Source: a virus
Taxonomy: Duplodnaviria; Caudoviricetes
IMG/VR virus record: IMGVR_UViG_3300031993_000008
Coordinates: 160,001-224,000 of that record
DNA length: 64,000 nucleotides
Strand: one strand, 5' to 3'
Both the position numbers and the translations under genes were made by a program. This document shows positions 19,801 through 29,615 of this stretch, piece by piece. The notes beneath the pieces were generated by a model. The model saw only the letters and a list, made by a program, of their open reading frames with translations, did no database searches and was not told the origin of the DNA. Within the stretch, counting starts at the first letter, position 1. Each line of letters starts with the position of its first letter.

Positions 19801-22800
19801 TTGGTAATGGTACACCTGTGGATAATTTGATGATTGCTGAAATTCAGGAAAACTGGCCTGACTTTGATTTCCATCAGTATGATGATTCTGTATTGTTCCA
19901 GGATAGTGGTACACCAAGGACAATGTTTGGTAACCCAGAGGAAAAAATGACATATACAAATATTGACAATGCCAAAAGAACATTGAGGGAGTTTGTCAAA
20001 TCTGTTGCAAAGGCAGGAGCATATTGCTTTGCTAATATAGGAAAAATACCTGTATCTAGTTATGGAGAAGGTGGATACTGTTTAAATAAATATAATGCTA
20101 CTGACAATCCAGATGGAACTATTACAGAAACAGTTCCTGATTTGAGTTATCAGTTCTATTATGATCAGAATAATAAGAGGGTATATAGAGAACAGGATCC
20201 GCAGACCACATTTGATGTCATTAAAAGGGATCGTAATAATTTGTTGAAGTGTATTTATACCCTTGAGGATGATGATGTAACTGAAAATCATCCATATCTT
20301 AATTTCACATCCGTATCAGAATATTATACCATTTGTATGGCATGTGGTCTTATTGACTCAATCTTGAAGAATATGAACATCAAGTCCTGGGATGGTACAA
20401 CCTGTTTTACAGCATTCTATGATATGGACTGTGCATTTGGTGAAGATAATATTGGTCGTGAAAATGTATCATACCTGGCAGCAACTGACTATTGGTATTC
20501 TCCAGTGAGTGATGCTGGATATGTAGAACCTATTAAAAAGAAGTTTGACTATTGGGATCAGAATGTTGGAAAGGGATATGACTTTACATCAAGTTATCTC
20601 TTTGCAATTGCCAAATATGCCCAGGTAATCCTTAATGTTGAAAAACCTGATTTGGTATTGTTCAATTACCCACAACAGTTTTGGGCCAAATTGAGGAATG
20701 GTGAGACTGGTGAGTTGAGAAATGCTGATTATTTTATGAAGAATTATTTTTCTTCAGGAGTTACAGTTATCCCATCATATCTTGCATCATTGAACTATCA
20801 GGTCAAATATCTGTATTATGGAAGTGTAATTGATGAGACAGGTAGGGAAACAGAAAGTAGATACCTTGCGAATGAAAGTGCATTTAATGGTACCCGTTAT
20901 GAAAAGGTTAGGGAGTGGTTGAATAGAAGACTTCACTTCCTGGACTTTATGTTTAATGTACAGGGTATTGAAATTCCTATAGGTACAACATCATATAAGA
21001 TACCTACTGCAACCATAGATGTGATAGGTGATTTGAACCAAAACAATGATATTGTCATACTTAAAGATGCATTTTCAACAGATATGTATAATGGTGCCAT
21101 CATAGGTAGTGATGGTGATTTTATTGGTATTGAGGCACCTCTCAATACCCCAATTGTTGTACTTAGAGGTAAGTCTAAAGATATGTATCTTTTCACTGCC
21201 GGTATTAATAGACAGAACAATTTCAGAGTCATAGCAACACCTTCAGAAACATATAGAATCCTTGGATCTACTGAATTTGTAAATATGACTTATGTTGAAC
21301 CGGTATTGACAGAAGCATATAAGATTGAATCTGACAATTTGAGAGAAATTATATATGGTGGTAGAACAATTCAGGTAGAACATAAACTTGATATAATATC
21401 ATCTTCTGTTAAGAACATAAAGTTGAACATACCAACATGGAGTGGTCAGTTGGTAATTTCCACTGGTACCAGGTATGGTCAGGCATTACAGAGATTGGAT
21501 ATCAGTGATTCTGGTTTCTTTGGCATATGGACTGATTTAAAGAACTTGAAGTATCTTAATATATCTTCAGTTACCAACAGTACCGGTACAATAAGAATAT
21601 CAGGATGTCCTCTTTCAGGTGAGAATTGTTCTATTTCCGGAACATCAGACAAGCCAACCAAATTACTTGAATTGATAATGAATGATGTTAATGGTAGATT
21701 CACACTCAACAATACCAACATAAAGACTATTGATATATCAGCCACCCAGAATGAGGATGCTGAATTTGAAATCAATGGTGATACTGAATTGAGGAGTTTG
21801 TCACTTACTGGATTCAAGAGTATTGTAATCAAAGGTTGTCCAAGATTGGAAAAACTTATAATTTCTGAACATCCAGGTACAGATGTTTGTGAAAAGATTA
21901 TCATAGAGATACCCGAATACAATCCTATTGATGGTTCAACAATTACTGGTCTGACAAATTTCAATGATGATATAAGTGGTAGGTTTGATTTTACAAAGTA
22001 TTCTAAACTTAAAACACTTGGTCTATCTGGTTGTAAGACTGTTGAGGTAATTAAAATACCTAACCATACAGTAGAAATAGAGACATTTAAGGAAAATAGT
22101 AATCTTGAATTTATTGATACTATTGGATTTTATTCTTGTATTATGCTTACAAAGGATTCAACATTCTATAAATGTCCTCGATATAATATGAAACAAAGTT
22201 GGGCTGTAAATCCTGATGGTTCATCTAATGGTAAAAATATCAAACCCAATGAGAGTAATAGTATTCCTAGGTCTCTTGATGGTAAGGGTTATTCTTGTAC
22301 TATAAGAACCAAGATGTGTATAAAACCATTGGAAGAAAATGGTATAGGATGTGTATCATTAGCCAACACATTCTACAAACAGAATAAAGATGAGGGATCA
22401 AAATATCCAAATAAGAATACTTCATATACCAATGAATGGGGACAGTTGGTATATAATCCTGGTATGACTATGGATGATGCTGCATGGTTTATAAATAAGG
22501 TTGTTGAAGGCCAAAAGCTTGATGATGCATACATAAAAGATGATGGTACCATTGTAGATACTCAAAGAGCAGAAGATGAAAGAATATATGGTGAGGATTG
22601 TAGTAAAAATATAATATCATTACAGGGTTGTTTTGCTCAAAGAGGTTCAATAACATATAGGGGTACTCCAGGATTCACTGTTCCAAATTTGTCAAAATAT
22701 GAAAATTTGAACAACATTGCTTCAATGTATCTCAACACTGGAGTTGATTTCATATCATCAGAACTTCTCAGTTTGTATGATGGTAATAATGACAATACAG

Positions 22801-25508
22801 AAGGACATAAATTGACTTGGAATGATTTTACAAGAACTGATAAAATATATTCAGATGCACTTAAACACATTTCATATAGAATATCTGAATTGACTTCAAA
22901 TTATACAGTTTATAATCCAAGTGATAATAGTACTCCTATTTATAGTGGTGATGGAGAATTGGATGGACATGGGGGAATACTCAGATTCAATGTTGTTGAT
23001 TTGTTATGTCCAAGAGAGGGTGAATTGTTTACAAGAATCGCCTCAATCAATTATTTCTCAATTAATTCTGAACAATGGGTTGATTATAGTCATTTGTTTG
23101 AGTACTGTCCAAATGTTCAAAACATAAATGGATTCTTGAATGGTATTGATCTTTCAAGAGCAAAGATTGATGGAATATTGAAAACATGTAAAAACTTAAG
23201 GAGTGTTTCAGATTCATTTAATCATTCCGGAAATATTGATGAGTTGGATTCAGTTGATTTGTATGATTTCTTTAATTGGGCTGATATTAACAGTGAAGAA
23301 AATCTGTTTGGCATTACAAAGTTGTTCTCAACAGAAAATTCCATATCCAAAGATATGCCTGGTTTTGCAATCAAAAAACACATAACCCAGGAAAACTTTG
23401 CCAAGATTATAGGAACACTCCATAAGTATACAAATATTGAGAAACTTTCAAACATATTCAGTTATTGTACAATTAAGAATTATTCAAATTATGAGATTAA
23501 ATTAAGTGGAGATTTGGATAATGTTAAAAATCTAAACTTTTTATTCTATAATTGTAAGAGTGAAAATGGAAATCCATTGAAGATAAGGAGGTCATTCTTT
23601 GAACATCTTAAAAATGTGACAACACTTGTAAACACATTTAATGGTGTTGTGTTTGACCATATGCCTTCATATGATTTCTTCTGTAAGAGAAAACCAAAAA
23701 CAGAAAATGTATATGTCAAGGTTGAAGGAGTTATTCCGCAAAATCCTAATGCAGTTCTACACACATATGAATATACAACAGATCAGACTGATTTGTATGG
23801 ATGTTTTATGAATGCAAAGTTTTATAACTGCAAAACATGGTTTGACCTTTATGATAATTTTGGAGATATAAATAATCCTGATTATAAAAATGTATCTTTG
23901 AAACAACCAAAGGATCACATTAAAGATATCAATAATACTGATGTTTTTGATAATGTGGATACATATTACAAATATTCAGGAGGTAACTATATTGAGTATA
24001 AGATTAAAGAACCTTATGCATATACAGATATACTTAACAATATTACCAATTATGTTGATTCTATAACCATTTCTGGTGAAACAATCAACAACCATAACAT
24101 ATTTGGTGCACAAGATAGTGACTTTTCAAATTATGCCACATCTGGTTTTGGTTTACCATATTATGATGCAACAGGATATAATCATTTAAACATATATCCT
24201 ACATATTGTTGTTTGCCTCCTGACATTTTATATGGTTGTTATTATACTTGTAATTTGCAGAATGTTTTTGCAGATACAAATATTGTTGGTGTATTACCTC
24301 AACATTTGTTGGGAGATAATCGTTATGGTAGCATACTCAATAATATATTCAGGAATGTTAACATACTTCCTAATTTGGTTTATCATTGTGATAACAGAAC
24401 TTCTGAATATTCTCAGGAATATATCAATATTCTCAATGGTAATTTGGGAGATAAGAGTTATCTGATTAGTGAGGGTGGTATTCCTGTTGACAATGATACT
24501 ATCAATCCACAAGGAGAAACAAATGTTTATACTCTTCTTGGTAGTAGTAATGCTGATGCAATAGTATTATTCAGAGATAGTAATGGTGAATTGAAACGTA
24601 GGTATCATATAGATAATGAACACACTGCAACTGCTAATGGAGATTATAGTAAGAGTCAGTTTGCTTATGTCCCTCAAGGATTTACCAAAAATAAAATTCT
24701 GGATAATGCATTTACATTCAGATATAATCTTCCAAGACAAACTGATTTGTCAAGTCAGCAAATAATGTATGAAACCGGAATACAGTGGACTGCAGGAAAT
24801 TATAGTAATGAGCATAATCCCGAAAGTCATCCAGAAAAATGGCCATATTACATACAATATTTCTTCACTATGGATGAGAGTGTGTCTTGGAGTGATGTAA
24901 CTTCAATGACATCACCATTCATACTTGATGAAATGGATGTTGATTATAAAACTGGTGAAGTGAGGATTTTCTCAACAGTTGATGGTAATTATAAGAACAA
25001 ATGGTGGTGGAGACCTGAAAATGTAGGTATTGGAAGGTGGCAGGATGTAACCGGAGGAAAATTCAATGTATTCTTGGATATTTGTGGTACAAGAGATAAA
25101 AGAACAGGTTTACTTAAAGATTGTGGAGCTATGATAAGTAAATCAATTGATGCAAATAACACCTCAATAGGTTTGGATATGTTTGTTTCAGGTCCATTGG
25201 TTGTATTCTTGAATGGAAGGGTATTTGATACCGCTCTTGATGCTATTAGATTAACAAGATTGAATGGTTCAAGTATTATAAATTACAGTATGGGATTTGG
25301 TAGAAACATCATATTTCCAAGACTTGGAACAATTCCATATAGTGATATAAGTATGATTCCAAAAGTTTTGTTGTCTTTCCCAACAACATCAGATATGGTG
25401 AGATTTTATAGTTATATGTTCCCAACAGATTCACTTTCAAGGTATGATTTGATATATAATATTTCAAATAGTATTGATAGTTCAACACCTAAGTTTATAG
25501 TTATTTAA
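16869..25508 (+). CDS. Giant protein with a CotH-like kinase domain and LRR/BspA-like repeats
   Basis: QGTSTMKNRIKNF, WTLKADIADSAHANN, GFPVLMY, YLGVYNFN and DSILKN...FYDMDCAFG, followed by leucine-rich repeats (LQRLDISDS, LKYLNISS, LKTLGLSGC, LNFLFYNC). Confidence 0.7.
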   Translation: MRIKKKDGTIQPFITGKDVVITKESLNENKEVTVDDVLDEHKKEIDKLKSNVKYIYAYGGVGGNGHGGSGGGSTGNPTLFVSLGGHQIQSGSDNIIIFGKPGEYVFEGSLSNAGGEIFYVYVGYGKNIKNPKQITLDKENRWIIKSETYNLKENGQITVTLKDVEGRTLSTVTQTYVVNAHSFDAKFKYVFEDREIEFSPYEYFMGNYNQRNPFIDITFSINIPNVQNVIVSYNIKGVDGESDIQYSDSMGDITTGKGTVSYGQITNSNLRIYLDNLKRNDIPFIHENNTGSYDVTITLNYSVSGSPADPTQVTFKITLIPNLLYINVRNSHNILYDSLEELKDDLSQLVEDQDFAKGIPVGSNTSFYCKVYEQAISSNKKIYNITFNAYDENKSSEETEDDFEDDPHYTIYKTAEEQVETPQPINISFDSTGIKKLQFITTGKKDTSAVCTITKYIYVKPNKNKIDWYPSCLVGINQDSYFRANQGEDTYKDFPELPVSNNLPLVMSETSTPLSLTHTTWSHPTQGFDTTILSFGIQYGAVNNEHAEVIKLYNNNDLIINLRSDTLFSEDSKKILLPLERDLNSSDSSKYHLVQIVRYRIGTDTGETGTGGYLYGTYLYIDGRLESDDPSGTLTNSLYIDKIVLNNVNAIYNLISVQYLKLDEPLNVKNISHTGENNTIDGIIYQYYLAYKSIMNVGEVTDSELKLLDNISEIKFDGTNVVVDYNYLTNVSQFMPIPTMMMSYGNKDDTGGNTISEQEVRDFCNKLFRGYQSGNTNIFGDQEISLYWCEGIKNGTSSSTISKINIPTFNDDGYVYDGTWHVKLQGTSTMKNRIKNFSLYIKKRNSDLQKSILVSPNYNSEDEHSFLPENEWTLKADIADSAHANNTAVGKFVNYTSTPFSNNLPLPTNVRRFVKNTLEGFPVLMYFRVGDEIYYLGVYNFNMGRQSYYNLGYHSADDMLDMINHIPEHSSSSFTFSLGNGTPVDNLMIAEIQENWPDFDFHQYDDSVLFQDSGTPRTMFGNPEEKMTYTNIDNAKRTLREFVKSVAKAGAYCFANIGKIPVSSYGEGGYCLNKYNATDNPDGTITETVPDLSYQFYYDQNNKRVYREQDPQTTFDVIKRDRNNLLKCIYTLEDDDVTENHPYLNFTSVSEYYTICMACGLIDSILKNMNIKSWDGTTCFTAFYDMDCAFGEDNIGRENVSYLAATDYWYSPVSDAGYVEPIKKKFDYWDQNVGKGYDFTSSYLFAIAKYAQVILNVEKPDLVLFNYPQQFWAKLRNGETGELRNADYFMKNYFSSGVTVIPSYLASLNYQVKYLYYGSVIDETGRETESRYLANESAFNGTRYEKVREWLNRRLHFLDFMFNVQGIEIPIGTTSYKIPTATIDVIGDLNQNNDIVILKDAFSTDMYNGAIIGSDGDFIGIEAPLNTPIVVLRGKSKDMYLFTAGINRQNNFRVIATPSETYRILGSTEFVNMTYVEPVLTEAYKIESDNLREIIYGGRTIQVEHKLDIISSSVKNIKLNIPTWSGQLVISTGTRYGQALQRLDISDSGFFGIWTDLKNLKYLNISSVTNSTGTIRISGCPLSGENCSISGTSDKPTKLLELIMNDVNGRFTLNNTNIKTIDISATQNEDAEFEINGDTELRSLSLTGFKSIVIKGCPRLEKLIISEHPGTDVCEKIIIEIPEYNPIDGSTITGLTNFNDDISGRFDFTKYSKLKTLGLSGCKTVEVIKIPNHTVEIETFKENSNLEFIDTIGFYSCIMLTKDSTFYKCPRYNMKQSWAVNPDGSSNGKNIKPNESNSIPRSLDGKGYSCTIRTKMCIKPLEENGIGCVSLANTFYKQNKDEGSKYPNKNTSYTNEWGQLVYNPGMTMDDAAWFINKVVEGQKLDDAYIKDDGTIVDTQRAEDERIYGEDCSKNIISLQGCFAQRGSITYRGTPGFTVPNLSKYENLNNIASMYLNTGVDFISSELLSLYDGNNDNTEGHKLTWNDFTRTDKIYSDALKHISYRISELTSNYTVYNPSDNSTPIYSGDGELDGHGGILRFNVVDLLCPREGELFTRIASINYFSINSEQWVDYSHLFEYCPNVQNINGFLNGIDLSRAKIDGILKTCKNLRSVSDSFNHSGNIDELDSVDLYDFFNWADINSEENLFGITKLFSTENSISKDMPGFAIKKHITQENFAKIIGTLHKYTNIEKLSNIFSYCTIKNYSNYEIKLSGDLDNVKNLNFLFYNCKSENGNPLKIRRSFFEHLKNVTTLVNTFNGVVFDHMPSYDFFCKRKPKTENVYVKVEGVIPQNPNAVLHTYEYTTDQTDLYGCFMNAKFYNCKTWFDLYDNFGDINNPDYKNVSLKQPKDHIKDINNTDVFDNVDTYYKYSGGNYIEYKIKEPYAYTDILNNITNYVDSITISGETINNHNIFGAQDSDFSNYATSGFGLPYYDATGYNHLNIYPTYCCLPPDILYGCYYTCNLQNVFADTNIVGVLPQHLLGDNRYGSILNNIFRNVNILPNLVYHCDNRTSEYSQEYINILNGNLGDKSYLISEGGIPVDNDTINPQGETNVYTLLGSSNADAIVLFRDSNGELKRRYHIDNEHTATANGDYSKSQFAYVPQGFTKNKILDNAFTFRYNLPRQTDLSSQQIMYETGIQWTAGNYSNEHNPESHPEKWPYYIQYFFTMDESVSWSDVTSMTSPFILDEMDVDYKTGEVRIFSTVDGNYKNKWWWRPENVGIGRWQDVTGGKFNVFLDICGTRDKRTGLLKDCGAMISKSIDANNTSIGLDMFVSGPLVVFLNGRVFDTALDAIRLTRLNGSSIINYSMGFGRNIIFPRLGTIPYSDISMIPKVLLSFPTTSDMVRFYSYMFPTDSLSRYDLIYNISNSIDSSTPKFIVI

Positions 25509-25511
25509 CAG

Positions 25512-25542
25512 AAAACCCAGGAGCCAATCTCCTGGGTTTTTT
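25512..25542. terminator. Bidirectional terminator
   Basis: AAAACCCAGGAG-CCAAT-CTCCTGGGTTTT between convergent genes. Confidence 0.85.
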
Positions 25543-27034
25543 ACATCTTCAGTTTCTTCACTTCATAAGGGAATCCCTGACTTTCATATATCTTTATTCT
25601 TTCCCTGGCATGTGCCATCTCATAACATCCGGAATAAATGTCATCAGAGATGTCATATATGTTGACGAAATCCTTGTTTATGTTCTCATTCTTTCTCAAT
25701 CCTCTACCTATACTCTGGAGGACCGTTGAGATTGACTTGTAACTGCTGACAAAGAATATGTTGAATATCTTGTCAATACTGATACCCATTGATGATGTAC
25801 CGAAACTGGCAATAAGTATGACATCATCCTTTATCTCCATTCTCTTTCTTATCTCCTCACGGACTTTCTTGTCAATGTCACCATCAATATAGTATATCAT
25901 CTTGGTGGTGTTTTCCTTCATCCACTTGAAGAGTTTCTTACCATAGTCCTTATCCTTGAAGAGAACCATTGTGTTCTGCTTGGTGTTTGCGATGAGTTTC
26001 GTAATTATATAGAACCTCTTTTCACTTTCATTGACAAACTTGTTTTCAAGCTGAAACATATCCTTACCCTTACCTGCTTTCACAAGATTCTTCTTTGCAC
26101 CCTTGAATGCCTCTTTCTGTTTATCTGATGTGTAATCAAGTCTTACCTGGTGAATCTTACAGTTGGAAATATAACCTTCTTCCTGGAGTTGTTTTGCAGT
26201 GATGTTGACCATAATGGGTCCGAAGTTGGAGATGAGTGTAAGACCATCAGCATACTTTGTTGCCGGGATGGTACCTGACAGACCAATCCTGTATGGAAAC
26301 TTACACATATCCATAATCTTGATCTGTGATGCACAGCAGGCCTTGTGTACCTCATCTGTGAGAACTACATCAAACTGGTTGAAGAATGAAGCACATTCTT
26401 CACGGAGAGACTGATATGTTCCTATATAGATGTTGGCATTTGGTGTTGCCTTGCATCCGGAGAATATCTGCTGAATCTTGATGTCCAGTTTTCCATTGTT
26501 GTATTCTGTGAAGTCTGCTGTTGGTTGGAGTACAAGATCCACACTCGGTACAACCATCATTATCTTCTTTATATTCCTGTGTGTGAGAAGCCAGGCAAAT
26601 ATCATAAAGGCTATAAATGTCTTACCGGCAGATGTGGCAAGTTGAAGCATACATCTCCTGTACTTCAGTCCCTTATATGCAGAATCAATCTGGTAATATC
26701 TGGGTTTCTTCTTTGCATCCTTGAAGAAATCATCACACCATTCCTTGAACTCATCATAATCAATGTCATTGTCAAAGAGGGTGTCAAGACCTTCAATCTC
26801 ACAAGAGAACCCAAACTGTTCACATATACTGAAAAGGTAATTGTATGAAGTGGCAGGAAGATACTTACCCCTCATAAAATTAATCTTACCATCCCAGCTT
26901 CCAGCCTTGAACTGCGGAGACCATCTGGCATTCTTGACATCTTTGTTAAAGGAGATGCACAACTGGTCATATTCCAGCTGTGTACACTCATCAATTACAA
27001 GATATTCTTTTGTGTCATCTATGTGTAACTTCAT
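25541..27034 (-). CDS. uvsW: UvsW-like SF2 DNA helicase
   Basis: WDGKINF, PRYYQ, ATSAGKT (Walker A), DEVH, GLSGT and QSIGRGLR. Confidence 0.9.
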   Translation of the reverse strand: MKLHIDDTKEYLVIDECTQLEYDQLCISFNKDVKNARWSPQFKAGSWDGKINFMRGKYLPATSYNYLFSICEQFGFSCEIEGLDTLFDNDIDYDEFKEWCDDFFKDAKKKPRYYQIDSAYKGLKYRRCMLQLATSAGKTFIAFMIFAWLLTHRNIKKIMMVVPSVDLVLQPTADFTEYNNGKLDIKIQQIFSGCKATPNANIYIGTYQSLREECASFFNQFDVVLTDEVHKACCASQIKIMDMCKFPYRIGLSGTIPATKYADGLTLISNFGPIMVNITAKQLQEEGYISNCKIHQVRLDYTSDKQKEAFKGAKKNLVKAGKGKDMFQLENKFVNESEKRFYIITKLIANTKQNTMVLFKDKDYGKKLFKWMKENTTKMIYYIDGDIDKKVREEIRKRMEIKDDVILIASFGTSSMGISIDKIFNIFFVSSYKSISTVLQSIGRGLRKNENINKDFVNIYDISDDIYSGCYEMAHARERIKIYESQGFPYEVKKLKM

Positions 27035-27050
27035 AGGCAAATTCTTAATC

Positions 27051-27063
27051 TAAATATAACAAA
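27051..27063 (-). promoter_or_regulatory. TTTGTTATATTTA putative early/middle promoter
   Basis: Upstream of uvsW. Confidence 0.7.
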
Positions 27064-27100
27064 AAAGGTAAAATGTACTTGTTCAGAAGACATTCTACCC
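27061..27100 (-). terminator. Intrinsic terminator after the Replicase-like gene
   Basis: GGTAGAATGT...ACATTTTACC followed by a T-run on the - strand. Confidence 0.55.
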
Positions 27101-27110
27101 ATCATTGTAT

Positions 27111-28823
27111 TTATGATTTTTTTGAATTGAAATACTGTTTTCTTTCATCCAGAATCTCATTCATCCTTTGTCTTTCCTCATCTGTCAGTTCATTGGATTC
27201 AGCAATGAATCTTTTCAGACTTCCCATTGATATTGCCCTTATCCTGAGTTCTTTGAGACATCTGTTCACTTCATTCAGGAGTTCCTTCCTGGTTATCTTT
27301 GTACTGGTGTTCTTTATCTTATCCACCATAAACAGTTTTATCTCCTTCTTTTTCCATCTTGACCTCTGTGATTTTTCTCTGTCCTCATTGGTGTAGGAAA
27401 CGTTATTGATGTTCTGCATTGAATAATCCCAGGCAGAATTGAATGTCTTCTTGAACTCACCGGTTGTAAATGATGATATGTTGGTGGTTTCGGGCCAAAC
27501 TCCATCATAAAACTCATCAGTCTTCTTGAACTCCTGATAGACAATATCATAAACCTCTCTTCTGAATTTGTCAAACTGCTCATGTGAGAGTTTGTGTATA
27601 TCCTCTTTGTTCCGGTATCCATATTTCTTTGACACATCCAGAACAGCATATCTTGTAAATGAAAGTACAAATGCATTTCTGGATTTACCGAACTTCCTTA
27701 TCTTCTTGGGTTTATTTTCTATTTTATTATCCTGGCTGATTTCAGATACATCATTTGCATCCTCAATCTTCATAACTTTCTTCTCTGTGACTTTCTTCAC
27801 CAGGGGATCCATCAGTCCAGACAACTTTCCACACCATTCCTGGAAATCAGGTGCATTTTCAAAATAAAGTTTCCTTTTCTCCTTTGATGAGAATATCTCC
27901 AACATATCATTCCTTGAGAGATATTTGATTTCTCCATCAGAGTAATATGGCATTTTCAGTTCCAGGTCATATATACCCATCAATGCAGACATAGGATTCT
28001 TTGCCTTCCAGAATGTGTAGTTGGTATCACCGAACTTTTTCTTCTTGCTTATGTTACATAATGCCAAGGTGATACGTCTGTACTGTACTCCCAGTTTGGA
28101 TATTTCAGTGAAATCAACTTTCCTGTAATCAAGTTCCTTATTCTTTTCAGAGTCATTCTTCAGTTCATTGATGATACTGTTGACAACCTCCATATTGATG
28201 TTTTTGTACTGGAGGTTCTGTATCAACCATTGGAGTTGAACATGGTTTGACTGGTGGTTGAATATAAAGAAATCAGGGAGTGCATCATACTTTGCAAACA
28301 GGAGAAGGATGTTGTTGAGTTCCTCTTCATTGTCAGGTCTGGTGCAATCCACATCAATATCCATCACCATAAGGTTTCTGGTGATTCTGTTGTATCCTGT
28401 ACCTATTGCAGTGTAGTTCCTGTATTCATAGCAGAGATCCAGGAAGTTGTTTATCTTCTTGTTTTTCATCTCTCCGGCAGTGATTCTCTTTGACGGTTCA
28501 TTTTTGGTTTTGGAGATATCATTGCTCTTCACTGAATACTCCACAAGTACATTGACATATGTACTTATACTGTTCCTGTACATTGCCCTCTTTGGGTCTA
28601 CAAAATATGCATTGGTCTCATCTGCCTTGTATGCCAAAAAGAAACTGTTGTCCCTTCTGAGATATACCGGTCTGAATGTATAATCCTTGAATGACTCATC
28701 TGTCCATCTTGAATCCTCCATCTTGAATGTCCAGGTGGAAGGATCTATCTTGGATGGTTTGTCCACATGAATCTTGAAGAGATCATTACTTGTTCTTAAT
28801 ATTTCCTTTAGGGTTTTTGGCAT
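27111..28823 (-). CDS. ColE2/pAL5000-type Replicase-like protein (AEP primase + PriCT-like + possible HTH)
   Basis: LMVMDIDVD; LPDFFIFNHQSNHVQLQWLI; GDTNYTFWKAKNP; SRNAFVLSFTR; basic RSRWKKK then a helical C-terminus. Motif order matches the Replicase family. Confidence 0.65.
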   Translation of the reverse strand: MPKTLKEILRTSNDLFKIHVDKPSKIDPSTWTFKMEDSRWTDESFKDYTFRPVYLRRDNSFFLAYKADETNAYFVDPKRAMYRNSISTYVNVLVEYSVKSNDISKTKNEPSKRITAGEMKNKKINNFLDLCYEYRNYTAIGTGYNRITRNLMVMDIDVDCTRPDNEEELNNILLLFAKYDALPDFFIFNHQSNHVQLQWLIQNLQYKNINMEVVNSIINELKNDSEKNKELDYRKVDFTEISKLGVQYRRITLALCNISKKKKFGDTNYTFWKAKNPMSALMGIYDLELKMPYYSDGEIKYLSRNDMLEIFSSKEKRKLYFENAPDFQEWCGKLSGLMDPLVKKVTEKKVMKIEDANDVSEISQDNKIENKPKKIRKFGKSRNAFVLSFTRYAVLDVSKKYGYRNKEDIHKLSHEQFDKFRREVYDIVYQEFKKTDEFYDGVWPETTNISSFTTGEFKKTFNSAWDYSMQNINNVSYTNEDREKSQRSRWKKKEIKLFMVDKIKNTSTKITRKELLNEVNRCLKELRIRAISMGSLKRFIAESNELTDEERQRMNEILDERKQYFNSKKS

Positions 28824-28828
28824 AAATA
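28821..28828 (+). promoter_or_regulatory. CATAAATA putative late promoter
   Basis: Upstream of 28863. Overlaps the start codon of the divergent Replicase gene. Confidence 0.55.
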
Positions 28829-28862
28829 TTTTATATTGTAGTGTATTAAAAATAACAATAAT

Positions 28863-29615
28863 ATGAAAAAATTTGGAGAAATTTTAAATGAAGGTGCATG
28901 GGGTTATGAACCTGATGAAAATGATGGTACTCTTGACTTGAGAGGTGATATATTGTTTTCAATATGTGAACTGGTTTATGACAAGTGTTCCAATCCTACA
29001 GATACACAAGTTGCCTGGGAAAATCTCGGTGCAATTGAATCTTTCTTTGAAGAATTTACAAAAATAGAGGATTTCAGTCTTGGTGACAAGGAGTTTAACA
29101 AATACTATTACTGGTGGAGACTTATTGACAAGAAGAAGACCAAGAACATTGTCTTACTTTATGAAAAACTTCTTAATATGTGCAAGAAGGATGATAAGTG
29201 GATTGATGACTGGTCAGAACCGGATAAAATGAAGGAATCATTGAATAAGAGAGAGGAAGTCCTTGAAAGATGGAAGAAACTCCTTTCAGACAGGACAGAA
29301 TATGAGAAAGAACTGAAGAATAAAAGAAACACAACAAAACAGGCGGAAGCAACAACTGAAGTTGTTGAGGGTATCCAGGAGAGTAAAAGCAACCCCAATG
29401 ATTGGCCTGATGTAAAAACTCTTGGTAGTGGTTCATTTGAAGGTATCCTCTGGGGTCACTGTTTCCTTTACAATGAGCAGAAATATTATTCTGAAATGGG
29501 ATGGAGGAACTGTTATCCATCATACTGCAAGATGATAATTGAAAATGACAGTGTATTTCCGGAACAGGTTGATATATATCAGAGACCTAATTTAAGAAAG
29601 TTGTTTGATGAATAA
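28863..29615 (+). CDS. Putative internal head protein with a DUF4259-like N-terminal segment
   Basis: MKKFGEILNE leader followed by GAWGYEPDENDGTLD. CATAAATA upstream. Confidence 0.45.
   Translation: MKKFGEILNEGAWGYEPDENDGTLDLRGDILFSICELVYDKCSNPTDTQVAWENLGAIESFFEEFTKIEDFSLGDKEFNKYYYWWRLIDKKKTKNIVLLYEKLLNMCKKDDKWIDDWSEPDKMKESLNKREEVLERWKKLLSDRTEYEKELKNKRNTTKQAEATTEVVEGIQESKSNPNDWPDVKTLGSGSFEGILWGHCFLYNEQKYYSEMGWRNCYPSYCKMIIENDSVFPEQVDIYQRPNLRKLFDE

Noticed and set aside
27041-27110. ColE2-like origin directly downstream of the Replicase gene
   Set aside because: The gap is fully explained by a terminator-like hairpin plus the uvsW promoter motif, and no iterons are visible.
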